Source of the DNA: Nageia nagi
Lineage: Eukaryota > Plantae > Pinophyta
DNA length: 64,000 nt
Direction: 5' to 3'
Assembly: GCA_050084985.1 (NCBI GenBank)
Contig: JBITNC010000002.1
Coordinates: forward strand, 38,068,001 to 38,132,000
Below, one piece after another: positions 39,901-53,200 of the stretch; position 1 is the stretch's first letter; each line of letters starts with the position of its first letter. The translations under genes were made by a program, and so were the position numbers. Below the pieces are notes generated by a model. That model saw nothing but the letters and a program-made list of their open reading frames with translations, was not told where the DNA came from and did no database searches.

Positions 39901-42900
39901 CATAACTTTGCCGCAAAAATTGCATATCAAAGCTCCCTTTTCTTGTGGTACATGCTTCTAGGCAATGTCTCTCTTTCTAGACATTTTTTTGAGTTTGTAC
40001 TTTTCATAATGAAAAAAAAAATTAGAATCTTAGCTTTCAATTTGAAATAGAAATTTTAAGTTTCTTTAAGGCTATGGATTTCTGATAAACCAGATCAACA
40101 TTTGTTGCAAGTGTAGAGCATATTCTCTGCGGCCTTCAAGAAACTTCAATTTTTTAAAAGGGTTTAAAATTTAAATGCTCAAGATTTCTGATACACCAGA
40201 TCAACTCTTGTTGCAAGTGTAGAGCATGCTCTCTCTAGCATTTAAATTTAAAATAATTAGCCAACTACAGATTTCTGATACACCAGGTCAACTTTTGGTG
40301 CAAGTGTAGAGCATACTCTCTTCACTGGACTAAGTGATTTCATAAAAAAAAAACAAAGTATCATTATACTATCAAGTTGGAAGTTGAAAGAGTAAAATAG
40401 CTAATACATAAAAACAAATGGGTTGAGATTGGAAATTAAACCTTCAGCTGGTAGAAGTTTGAACCTTCAGCTGATAGAAGTAGGCTATGGAAGTCTCACT
40501 CTCCCTTCAATGAGCTGAACCTTCAACAGTCAACACCACCTCCAAGCTTCCACCAATTTGACCAAGAACACTAAAAAAATTAGTCACACTCACTTGGAAT
40601 GAAGAATCTAAGCTTTCTTCAAAGTTTGGAATGATGAAAGTGGGGACCCCATGCTCCTTTTTATAACAAGCCAACGGATTTTCGCGAATTTAATTTTTTT
40701 TTGGAGTCCACCTCGTTTTTTTTGGCTTCTTGCCGATTTTTTGTCGGGATCCGCAACTTTTCGAGAATAATCACCACCCACGATTAGTCGGGATTTTCTA
40801 GAAAAATTGCATCTGATCCAAATATGCGATTTATGTAGCGATTAAGTGGCTGGCCCTCATTCGGCGATTATTCGGCAATTAGTCGCAATTATTCGAGCTT
40901 TTTAAAACATATCTAAAGAGTGCTTGCAGTTAACCTTAAAAATAGTTGTAAAGAACAATTGTTGTGAGATTGGGGACTCAATATTAGCATATTTTGTTTG
41001 GAGAGTGTCAATGGCTCATAAGCAAGCTAGCTTGTTGTGTCTTGGCATTTGATTGTAGAAAATTTTTGAAACATGCCTCAGTAAGTTAGCTTGTTGTGTC
41101 TTGGCATTTGACTATAGAAAATATTTGAAACTTGCCTCAGTGTTAACGTGAAGTTTGTCAATAAGAGTGTTTTAGAATTCAAACAGGAGGGCATTAGCAA
41201 AATTATCTTAAAAACCATTGATCATCTTATCAAGTGAGACTGCATTGAGCTATATTTATTCAGTGCAAAGGCAGAAAAGAATTCTGCATTTCCTAACACA
41301 GGGTTTTCATCTAGGATAAACAGTTATGCTTCAAGTAGGGTGTCAGGTTGTGACAATTTTTGTTATTAATAGTTAATGCATAAAACACATAAAACTTTTT
41401 GATCTCATAAGTTCTAGGAATCATCATGAATGTTAAATTTGTATTTTTCAAACCTATGATATTTTTTGTTGAATAATCAATGATGAATATTACAGAATAA
41501 CGACTACTATTTTTTTGTGTCATCAAGTTCGAGTCATCATTTGGAACTTAATTACTTATTCTTCTAGTTATTCAAGAAAGGAATGATGGAAGACATTTGA
41601 TGCATAACTTTCCTGCGATTTTGATAGGAATGCTAAGACTTCAGTATTATGTGGGAATTCCCAAGTCAAAGAATATTAGATGTGGATGTTTATTCTTTAT
41701 CTCTTCATTCTTACCCTCACTTTTTCCTTTTTATTTTCATTGTCAAATCAATTTTGGTTCTATAACATATATTTTAGTCTTTTCTGTTCTTTCCCTCCTT
41801 TTTCTAACCTGTGAATGGATTTTAAAAAATACGTACTCACTTCATAGATGATCCTTATAGAAAGGTCAAATTACAAATTTATGAATCTCAAAATTCGAAT
41901 AAATAATCTTTTTAGTTACTTGGTTCCCTATTTTTATTGACACTGATTCTCCTGGAGAACAAACTCCATCAAGCTCAAATGAAATGCCTTTGACCTAAGT
42001 ATACCAAAGCCACTATTTTCTAGCTATTCTTTTTACAAAACTTGTAGATTTAGTTACTATAAAAATCATAAATAAAATATTAGTAGTTTTTCATTATCCG
42101 TGGATCTTTGATTGATTCAATTGTAAAGATTCATCTAATCTTGGAAACATTCTATTTCGTCATCTAAATTACGAGAATGTATACAACTGCTTTCATAAAT
42201 CATGGTATTCATAGAAGAGGTTTTGAATCTATATAGAGATATAGTTTCTATCGAAGCATACGTAAGAAATGGAAGTTCACCTATGTGGATTCCTAATGTA
42301 ACCAATCACATATTTACCACTATACTACACTCTCTACAATTTGATTGTAGTGTATAGATCAATTTTTTGTTGCCAAATTCCAAAGTAAATAGTTTACTAT
42401 TCCAAGAGAATAGGATGCTTTTATCAATAAGGTCGTATTCTCTAGGATTATCCTTTTCTAAAGAATGGAATCATCTTACTTGGATCATTGGATGAATGTA
42501 GTCATGTCCTAAGTTTTAAAGAATGGAATCATCTTACTTGGATCATTGGATGAATGGAGTCATGTCCTAAGTGGATAATCTTCTTTGCTCAAGATAACTA
42601 GAGGAATGGGGTTATCTTACTATGATCTTTAGATTATGAATCCTAGGATCCTAAGATCTTGAGGCATTATCCCCTTTCCTTTGGATTTCTTTCTATTTGG
42701 TGAATCACAAATGATTCACAAATAAATTTTATCTAATAAAATAATATTTTTAAAATTTATTTTCAAAATTCTATTCTTTCTCGAGTTCCTCAATGGTTCA
42801 TGTGTTGATCAAAGATGTCTTTAAAAGTTGGTATATAATATTTCACTTTGTTGTTCCTTGGTAGCTTAGTGGTAGAGGAGTTGGTTAGTTGTAGGTTCAA

Positions 42901-44253
42901 ATCCTACTTGGGTAGATGCTTTTTCTTTGAGTAGTCATTTTGAACATTTGGCAGTTGTAAATTTCCTTTTCGTCTAGTCTTCTTATTTTGATTTGTACAA
43001 AATTGTCAAAAACCAAGCAGTAGATTCACATGTGGTAGTTTGTGTCGATTCATACCTAGTAGTTTGGAAAAGAGGGAAAGAATAATCTAAAGTAGTGAAA
43101 ACTTTTGGTGACATTTCTAGAGCTCAACTAGTTGGAGTTGATTATCTCAACCAATTATGTTCAAATTAATAATTTCGGGAGGAAATTTGTAGGGCCTACA
43201 TCCATACTTTTTAGGTTACATCTCAACAACACCTCACACTCAGGCTGATCATTACTCTCAGTATTTTCTCCAGATTGATAGTAGATTGATTGACCCCCTA
43301 GGTTGCAACTTCCTCTTGGTATGAGGAAGTTTCTTGGTTAGTTTTGGGTTTGCTTGCACCAACTGTGGAATGAGTCAGACAACCATTTAGTTCGAGATCT
43401 TTGTGTTTGCTGACAATGCTCCATAGAGGCCGAGTTAGAGGACCACTTCACACATCATCTTCCTATGTCTTGTGTACAATGAGATTTGAGGTTGATATCA
43501 TTGCTTCTTTTGAAACTCTCACAACTCAAATCTCTATCTTTGTTAGTTACCAAAATCAACGGTGTGTGGTTCTCTTCCTTTGTGAGGACTTCTTTCTCCA
43601 AAAGCATCTCTTGTTACACACCTTCTAGCCGATAGGGATCTACCATATCACATCCTTCTTTTGGGTTTTCCTAGATGAGGGGCTCTTAAGAGGCTTTATG
43701 ACAACCCCCTATCTCTTACTTGATGCATCAAATTGTGCATAGATGACCCTCGTACTTTCAAGACATAAGGGACTCGTTGGATCAAGTCTTTCTTCAACAC
43801 CATTATGGGGGTACGAACTTGATTAATAGGAGCGATTCATATGAGACTTTGGAGCCCAAGGAGCTTTACTTCCAACAACATAATGGAGCATGTCTTCCCT
43901 AGCTCCTCTTCTTCTTATTCTCCCTTCTCCTCCCTCTTTTTGTAATCAAAGTGGCCTCTCGTTGACCGCTCCCTTCTACATTGTATCTCCTCAGGTGCCC
44001 TTATTCTAGGGCTTTGACCCTTCTTGTAATTTGTTTGTTTATCTTAGGCTTTATGTTGGGTCTTGCTTGGTTCTTTTTGCATTCATGTACTTTTCAATCC
44101 CATTGATTGCTTTTGTTCACCTGTGGACATTAATATATTTTCTTTCTTTCTTTCAATAATAGGGTTCCTACAAATTTAGTTTAGTCAAATTCTTAGTTAA
44201 CCTAATGTCCTAACACTTTTTAAAAGATGCAGTCATATTTCCTATTGATTGAC

Positions 44254-44295
<42 letters not shown>

Positions 44296-47200
44296 CAATG
44301 TATTGATGAATAGGAAACCATTTTGGGTGTGATGTACACAAAATTTTTGTCAAAGGAAAGCTCCACTTACAATATTTCATATTTATTTTATTCTTTGAAA
44401 TAGTTAGTTTATTACTACAATTTGATTTGTCTAGTTTGAAATAGGAACATCCCATCTATACTCTAGCCTTGAGCAGCTGTGATTATTATAATAAATAAAT
44501 AATGAAATCTGTTTCATGTATATATCAACAAAATGAATATAAAAAGTGGGAGAGGATATAAAAGAGATAATATCAAAGGGTTAAATTTTTATAGCTCTTG
44601 GTGCTGCTATCATAATAGTTATTTTAACTTTAATATTAGGTAAAACAATGTATTAATAATATTTACGCCGTAAGAAATTCCCTCTTTGAGCCTTTTAGGC
44701 TTGCTTTTCCATACGACGGTTTAAAACAACGGAAAACCACTGACCGTGATTGAAACACTGTGAACCCTTGATTCTGCACCAGCTTGTTCTCCATCAGGTG
44801 CTGTCTGCATCATGCATCTTGTCAAACAATTCAACGACCCTTTCCACATATTCGTTTTGTGCATATCCTATGATCATTGCAGTCCATGAAACTATGTTTG
44901 CATCAAGCATCTTGAAAAAATTTGCGTGCCTTGGCTTGAAGTCCCATGGTAGCTTCAAATTTGCACCCTCAACGTTGCCCTCTTCATTTAATGGCGGACG
45001 GACCTCATCTCTAAGAACAGCCATTCCAGTGCTTTCCAAGGTACGCTTTGCACGGGATCATCCTTGTTTTTTTTTTCTTTTTCTCAAATGTTGATTGTAT
45101 TTCAGGCGATTACTCCCACTGGTTGCAGAAGTGTCTACAGAATACCCAGAACTGGAACAAAATCCAAAGCTGTATTTGCGACGCCAAGCTCTGCAAGAGC
45201 CTCGCTAGCGATGATGTAAACCACGTCGCCCTAGAGTTTTACCGCAGATATCTATCACTAATTCAGGTAAAATCTCGCTTTTTTATTATTTTCGACTGTT
45301 GATTTTATTGTTGCAACAAATACTAATAGTACGTGTTTGCTGCTTTAGTTTGATCAACCTCCATGTGTTTGCCTCCTTACTTTGATCAACGTGTCTATTA
45401 CGTGTTTGGATGATCCCTGATGCATATAACACAACCCTTGTCAAACAATTCATGGTCCCTTCAAACACATCTTGGCAAACAATTTATGTTTATTGCCAAC
45501 AATGCCCTTCCACAAGACAAGTTCCTTCATTCTCTTATCAACCGCATCGAACTTAAATTTGACCCATCCATGCTCAAGCTTGTGCTAGACATATCCACAT
45601 GTATGGCAACTGGCATTGGAGCCCTCGTTCCTCCATTGCTTTCTTCCATGAGCGACATTGTCGTTTACGTGCGTTCTTTTAGACATCATGATAAGCTTCT
45701 TCTCAAAGTCGTGAAAGTTGACTCTCAAAAGTCTCTACATGCGCATTGCCATGGCGGTCACCCACAGATTTATGTTTGAATGTATAACATAGGATGGAGC
45801 ATAATTAGGCTCCAATCATAGATAAGACACGAAACAAATCACCCACGATTAAACCTCACCCCAAAATCTTCACTTGTTTCATTCCAAAATCCTCGCTCCA
45901 TTTTGTGAAAGAAAATATCTTGGCATTCCTGTCACTCTCTGCAAAAATATATAATTAGAAATAGAAATAGATGGCCATAACACCACCTCCAACTCCTCCT
46001 TGGTATTATGTTGCTCGTGTTTTCATATCTCATTACTTACCCACAAAAATATCTAAAATGATGCTCTCTCAAAACTCTGTCGAGATGGGCGATTGAAGGA
46101 GACAATGCACTTTTTGCTTACTACAAATACACACTACTATCTACACTCTTCAACATGGGATTTACTCCTGCAGACATGCATCCCCAACAATGCCTTTCTA
46201 GAGGGCAAACTCCTTCGTTCACTCATCATTGCATCGGACTTAATTTTGGCACCTACACGAACAACTTTCTCCAAAACATACTTATCCACATGTATGTCAA
46301 CTATGGAAATTTGACATAAGCCCAAGAAATATTTTTGACTGTATGACTGAACGAGATGTCTTCTCATGGCTTTCTTCGACAAGCATTGACATTATTTCAC
46401 CAAATGCAACAAACAACATGCAGCATTGGCTCATCCAGGTGTAAGAATTCCTTCTGATGCATGCAGCCAAGAGTTCGTCTTCCTACCACCTGTCGATGCA
46501 CGCAACTGTTTACCCTTCTTTCACCCAGGAAGATAGAAATTTTTACACAACATGATAGAGTAGAACAACGTCCACATGGCAAAATTGGCTCATAATGCGC
46601 CATACAACACTATTTCTCGCTCATTGTCTTTTGTCTGTAAATTCAATTTCGATCTCCCATTTAAATTTAATAATTACAATAATAACAATAAAAAATATAA
46701 TAAAAAATAAAAATGAAATTAATAATAATAATAATAAATAAAATAATATTAATAATAAAAATAACAACAATAACATATATAAAAAAATAAAAAAAAAATA
46801 ATAATAACGAAAAAAAATAAACATAATTATATTAACATAAACCATAGAATAAAAAGACAGTTTTTTGAAAATATGGCTTAGGGCCAAAGATGTAAAAACG
46901 GCCATTAAACAATCAAAATACGTTGAATACGGCAAAAATTCGTGGCTCTAAAAATACGTAAATACGGAAAAAATGGAAAAGAAACGGAAAATATGGGAAA
47001 AATATGTGATCAAAAAATGAAAAATACGGCAAATAAATGGACAAAAGACAGAAAATTCGAGGAAAAAATGTGATGCATTGAAAAATAAAAAAAAAATGCA
47101 ATTTTTTAACTTTTTTTATACAATATGCGTATCTAATTACCATAAATGATTAAATCATTCACATAAACGATCATATCATCTACCAACTACCAACACATTC

Positions 47201-50200
47201 ATATATCATAAATCATGTCATCGATATATGAAAATAAAAGGCATCTACAAAATGTCTGTCAGATCATAAGTTATAAATCTACTATTACTAGTACTGCCAC
47301 TACTGTGACATAGTCCCATACACTCATAATGCCACTAAGTGTCCACTGCTAAGCATCAACAAAGTACAAAATACAAATAATACTAAATAACTAAATACAA
47401 TGTTTCATAAGTCATGACTCCATGTGTGGGCCTTGGGGACTCATCAATATGTGCGGTCTGGGGCTCTAGCCCTTTTACTATGCAATCGGCTGCCACCACT
47501 AGTACTAATAGTACTAGTACCAGTACCACGTGCTCCACTAATAGGTGTAGTAGGAGATTGAGAATGAAAAGGTGGTCTCGTAGGGGTAGGAGTACTACGA
47601 GGAGGCAATCCTAAACTACTAGAACTGCCACCAACACTCTTATGGGGTTTTTGCCTAATCCTTTGGTATCGAATGAGTGGTTCATCATCGTCAGACTCAC
47701 TCTCAATGTCTCGGAAAATCCGATGCTCATAAACCTGGTGAGGTCCAACACCATGATCAATCTCCACAGGAGGAGATGAATCAAAACACTGATGCTCCTC
47801 CTCCTCCTCCCACTCCTCATCTTTTGCATGCTCCTCCTCCTTGCCCTCATCCGCAAGTTCATCTATCTCCTGCTCCATGTCAAGCCATTCTTCTCAAAAT
47901 GCTTCATGTAACTCCTCCTTTGGATCTGCCACTGCATCCACTGGAGGTGCATCACTGTCAAGAAAACAAGTCAACATTTACAATTTTATAGGATCTATCA
48001 AGATATTTTAAAAATCACATGTAGGGGGGTGCTAGGTGGGAGTAAAAACGAAGAAGATAACCTATATGAGGGATCAATGGTAGTCAAGTTAATGGGCTCA
48101 TCCTCATCCTTCTTTTGTAGTTGCCTCATACAATTGTAGGTTGACATAAATGTAAACAATATCATTCATGCTTTGTGTTGTCAACCTATTAACATAAAAA
48201 AATTGAGATAATGATAATTGAGAGAGATTTGAGAAGTAAGAAATTTCCATTACATTTTGAAAGTTGAAAGGAATCACAATTGGAATGAATCAAATTACTT
48301 ACCTGTTGCGCTTCTTGGAGTGAATTTTTCCAAATGCACTCCAATTGCGCTCACATCCTGAAGCGCTACATATTTGGCTAAGGATGTGGATGGCAAATCT
48401 TTGCAACTCAGGTGTTTCACCCCCAAAATTCGCCCACCACAACTCTAAAAAATGTAGTAATATCAAATAAGAAAACATTAAATATTTAAATGCCTAAATG
48501 TATAAACTTAAAACTTAAAAGTAATGCATGAACTTTGTATTTTTTTCACCTGGAGCAATCGTGAAATGTGCCTCTCTAGCGGATTGATACCCAAAGAGGC
48601 CTCTTGAGTGCTTGTATGACTCAAGCTCCTTGAAGATTTTGGATTGAGTGGTAGGATCCTGAACCATACTAGCTATACATTTTGTAAGCCCCAAGTTAGC
48701 ATGAGTATCAGTCTTTATTTTTAGTTTGGTGCAAAATACAAGATAGGATTTAAGATGGCCCTTGCTCCATGAATAGGGCGATACAACATATTCCACCACC
48801 ATTCATCAATGAGAGCCCAAGACTCCATGTGCTTGTTACCAAACTCATTATCCTCATCAGGGTGGTCAATATAATAATGCATTATGGCTTCCTTGGCCCT
48901 AGCCATAACCTCATACAAATAGCCCATAGTGGGCCTACCACTATCAACTAGATGAAGGACTCGTACAAGTGGTGCTGTCACGCTACAAATCTCTTTGAGC
49001 ATCGCCCAAAAATCATCCATGGATATCAATGAAGACATGACCATACCCTCTAGCCTTGTGCTCATGGTTGTATCACTCCACTCTCTAGAAACAAACATGG
49101 AACGCAACTCATGCATGTTCTGAAATAGCGACTGAAGGCTGATGAAATTGGAGGCAAAACGTGTAACTCCTAGGTGCAACAAGTCCTTACCATTGGTGTA
49201 CCTCCTCATCATACTAAGAACAGTTGTTTTATTATAAATATACCTGGTAACACAAGATAAGAAATTAAGAATCAAGATAGTCTAAGAGTAAGAATATAAG
49301 ATAAGAAAAAAATATGATAAGATAGATGTACCACGTGATTGTCCTAGCTTGGTCAACCACCTCTTTCACCCAAGCAAGGAGGGATACATATTCATGAGCT
49401 TGCTACTTGCTGCAACATAACTAGAAGCATTGTCTGTGATCACCTGAACAACATGCTCCGGCCCCACCTCCTTCACAAACTGATCCAATAAGTCACATAA
49501 CAAGTTTGCATCTTTTGCCTTATCGGACGCATCAACAAATTTCTAGAATATTGTCCCATATTTGGAGTATGCCAAAAAATTAGTCAAGCTTCTACTTTTA
49601 CTATCCGACTACCCATCAGATAATATTGTGCAACCCGATAACTTCCAAGATTCTTCAATATCAACCATTCTAAAAACAGTAAAATAAAACTAAAATAAAT
49701 TATAAAACAACTAAATAAAAAAAGTAATTTAAAAAATGTAATACATATTGTCTATTGAAATTTGATATCACTATTTACGTACTTGTCACAAACTGCTTGC
49801 TTCAAATCCTTTATGAGAGTCCCTTGCATTTTTGCATGAGTAGGGCCCGCATACGCAGGTCCAACGTTAGCCACTGCATCGATTGTTGGTTGCCAAAATA
49901 CACTTCTCGTAATGTGGATTGGAACTCCTTCATAATAGATCAATTTTGCCAACATCAAATCAACTTCTTTCTTCTTTAACATACTCATAATGGATGGTTG
50001 GGATCCAGGAGTTGTCCAGGGTTGAAAGTAGGAATGGACTCCAACCCTTCTAGGGTATCCACTTCCACTAGGTCCACTGGCACTTGCACTTGCACTGCCA
50101 CCTACACTTGGATTGGACACATTTCCACTTGAAGAGCTTATCCCTCCTAGCTCCATTCGAAATGCTTGTTTCCTCTCTTTTTTCTCAACAATAGAATCCA

Positions 50201-53200
50201 AAGCAAGATCTGGAGTTGCTTTTGGGCAACTCTCTACATCGCTCCTTGGTCTCCCAGAAAGATGCCCTTTGAACCTTGTAATTGTTCCCCGGATAGGCTT
50301 GCCACATAGATTGCAACTGAAATGCTGAGAATTGCCACGAACTCCCTCAATTGGAGTCACATATTGCCAAAACCTGTCCAACTCTTTAGGCAATTTGGTG
50401 TCTTGGAAAATCTCCCTCAATCAATAATGCTCTAGCTCATCTCTCTTTCTCCAAGCCTTGCAAAGCAAAAATGAGGGGAAAAACCCTTTCCCCCCCTTTA
50501 TTCCTTTTCCCCAACCGCTTAGCACATCCCACATTTTCGCGGCATCTTCGGCGTTTTTTGGCCGTTTAAACGGCGTTTAGATGCAAAAATACGTTTTTTT
50601 GGCATCTTTTCCTTCCAAACACAGGTTTTGTCTTTGTTGGCCTGCGCCTTTTCCTCTTAATATACATTTTTTCCATGTTTAAATGTCGTTTTTCGATCCA
50701 AAAACGACGGGTACGATGGGGTGTTTTAAGTTCCAATTTTTCCTGCGTTTTCCTGATGTCTTTCACGTTTAAACGGCGCATTTTGGAGGAAAAAACGCGT
50801 TTAGGCAGTTTGTAAAATTCTTGGTCAGACTTGCATCTTTTCAACATATTCAATGTTTTTTCCACGTTTAGAAGTCGTTTAAACGATGCATCTTTTGAAC
50901 TTAAAAACAGCTTTTTTCCTGTTTTTCGAGGACAATTTGGAATTTTCCCCAAAAACGAAAAAACGCCGTTCTTCACGTTTAAATGCCGTTTTTTAATTCT
51001 ATGACATGAACAATAATAATAACAATTAAAAATTATAAAACAACTATCCTTGTACGGCGTACCCATTGCACAAGGTTGCAATTGCTAGTAATTATTTGCT
51101 GATTTGTTTCTAATCTGCAAGAGAAAATGGCCAGGTTAGGGAAACCAAAGAAAACATTTGAATAGACTGGACAAAATGATCACTTCCTTGCAAATGTAGG
51201 TTTCTATTTAAACAAAAGCTATATTCATTCAATATATCCCATCTCAAAGAGATAATTGAGCGAACCAAAGTGATGGATTGCTAATTTCTTGTACTAAATA
51301 TCTATACTAGGTGATTGAATCCCTCTGTCTACTGTCAAGCATTGACAAAGAATCTTCAAAACTGATAGCCTCTGTTTCTTTTTATGAAAGAGACTCTACA
51401 TTTTTTGACCTATGTATCTTTTTCACCATCCTTAACGTTTGGGATTACACCTTGAATTGTTTGATAGAAATGCGACTATAAAAAGAAATGAAATATTACT
51501 ACCATGTAAATGAATAGCTTAAGAGTAAGAGCAAGTTAATCTCCAAGTTTCTTATTAGAATTATAACAGAAGAGATCATCCATCCTTGTATCATATACTA
51601 GTATTTCAATACAAAGCAATAATATATTTTTTATGGGTATTGAAACTTATCTTCAAGGATGTAATGTGTGGAGATTTTCTTAAAGACAATTGAAAATTTT
51701 TCTCTTCATTTCCAAAATCTCACTTTTTCTTCTCCTATCCTAGTTCATTCAACTAATAGGTTACCAAGAAAGTTTAGTACCATACAACCGACAATTGGAC
51801 TTTTTTTTACAAACACGCAGTATAAATAAGTATATCCATTGTTTACAAAAGAAAAGAAGAAGAAAAAGGAACTGATAGAAAATAGTCTTATCCCTTGCTT
51901 GTTCTTTCTATAAATCTAAGAATATGGATGTAATCTCTGTCTATGAGAGTTTGTCATGTGCATCAATACCTGATGGATAGCATGAAATCCACCTGTGATG
52001 GAATCGAAATTGACTGAGATTCATGAAAAGGGGTTTAATTTGGAGGATATTAGGCTCTTGTATTGTCAGAGGGAACAATAATGGAATTTATGCCTCCCAA
52101 AATAAGCAGAAGAAGAGAAAAGACTCATACAAAATAATGTTCATTGCAGCGATGCAAGATAAATACATAGTATGTACCATTTTATAAAAGGTTTTGCATC
52201 AAGTGAATTTTCCTATTTGTGGAAAAAGAATCAACAACTTTTTTAAGGATTATCCAAATAACAGCTTGCCAAGCAAAAGCTAATAGAAAAAGTAACTGGC
52301 ATTACGTTAACAATCAAGTTGGAAATCACATAAGCTTAGAATAATTTGGCAGAAAAGGAATTATTTGAATAAATCGCAACATCATCTAGGAAAATATTAC
52401 TTTCCAAAGAATGAAAACTTTGTAAAGCACTAAAAGTATTTTGCCAATCGGAATCTTGCCAAAAAGATCAAACTTTTAGTCTTTAGAATGGAAGGGATAA
52501 TTTTTTCATACAATATATTACCTTTTCTAATAAAGAATGACTGATGAATAGATATTCTTGTTTGTTTATGTTCCCCTATCTGATAATGAATGTTCTTGCA
52601 AGAATCTATATCAAACAATGTCTCCAATTTTTCTAAATAGTGCCAGATCCTAAGAATGAATCAGGAATCTTTATAGATTGACCTGATATAACGATCAAAA
52701 GAGGTTAATATGATGGATTAACATTGAATGGGTTATGGCCAAGTTATTAGGCAGTAGGTTTAGGCCTGTTATTGTGGATTATTAGTGTGTTTCGTTATTG
52801 TGGATTATTAGTGTGTTTCAATTCCTGAAAAGGAAAACAATGTACCAATCCTATGAATATCTGAAAGGTTTTCCATTCTTCTAGCTTAAAATAAATTTTA
52901 AGCTGTAAATACATTGGTAATATGTTGATTTGGTCAATGCAGATATGCGCATTGAGGGTAATTCAATTATATTTTACATTGTTTTCATCAAAAAGGAATG
53001 AATCATGATCAATAACCAACTCATATTTCAATTTGGTTACTTAATTCCATTCTCTCATACTGAATTTATTCCTAGGTTGTAATAGGAAACAAAGGTATAC
53101 AACTAACTTACTGGAGAGATTGATTGGGACTTGTTTATCAATGTTGCAACATGTTGACTAAATGGTATAGCTTGCCAACTAGCATTGATATATTATTTCA

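Larger units (their letters stand above)
44455..51088 (+). mobile_element. Probable non-autonomous Helitron with captured gene fragments and a nested hAT
   Basis: 5' A|TCTATACT at 44455; 3' hairpin ATTGCA-CAAGGT-TGCAAT then CTAG|T at 51085-51089; no TSD; interior is a mosaic of unrelated gene pieces. Confidence 0.7.

Noticed and set aside
37597-39930. Domesticated or active hAT gene
   Set aside because: Frameshifts, stops and altered motifs, with TIRs and TSD retained; a decayed transposon.
46621-47143. Hydrophobic ORFs resembling membrane proteins
   Set aside because: Translation of low-complexity A-rich DNA and hAT subterminal sequence.
47444-47991. Overlapping acidic and proline-rich ORFs as new genes
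   Set aside because: The minus frame is the low-complexity tail of transposase F; the others are shadows of it.
50566-51081. 171-aa Lys/Arg-rich ORF
   Set aside because: Lies in hAT F subterminal repeats and crosses the TIR; compositional artefact.
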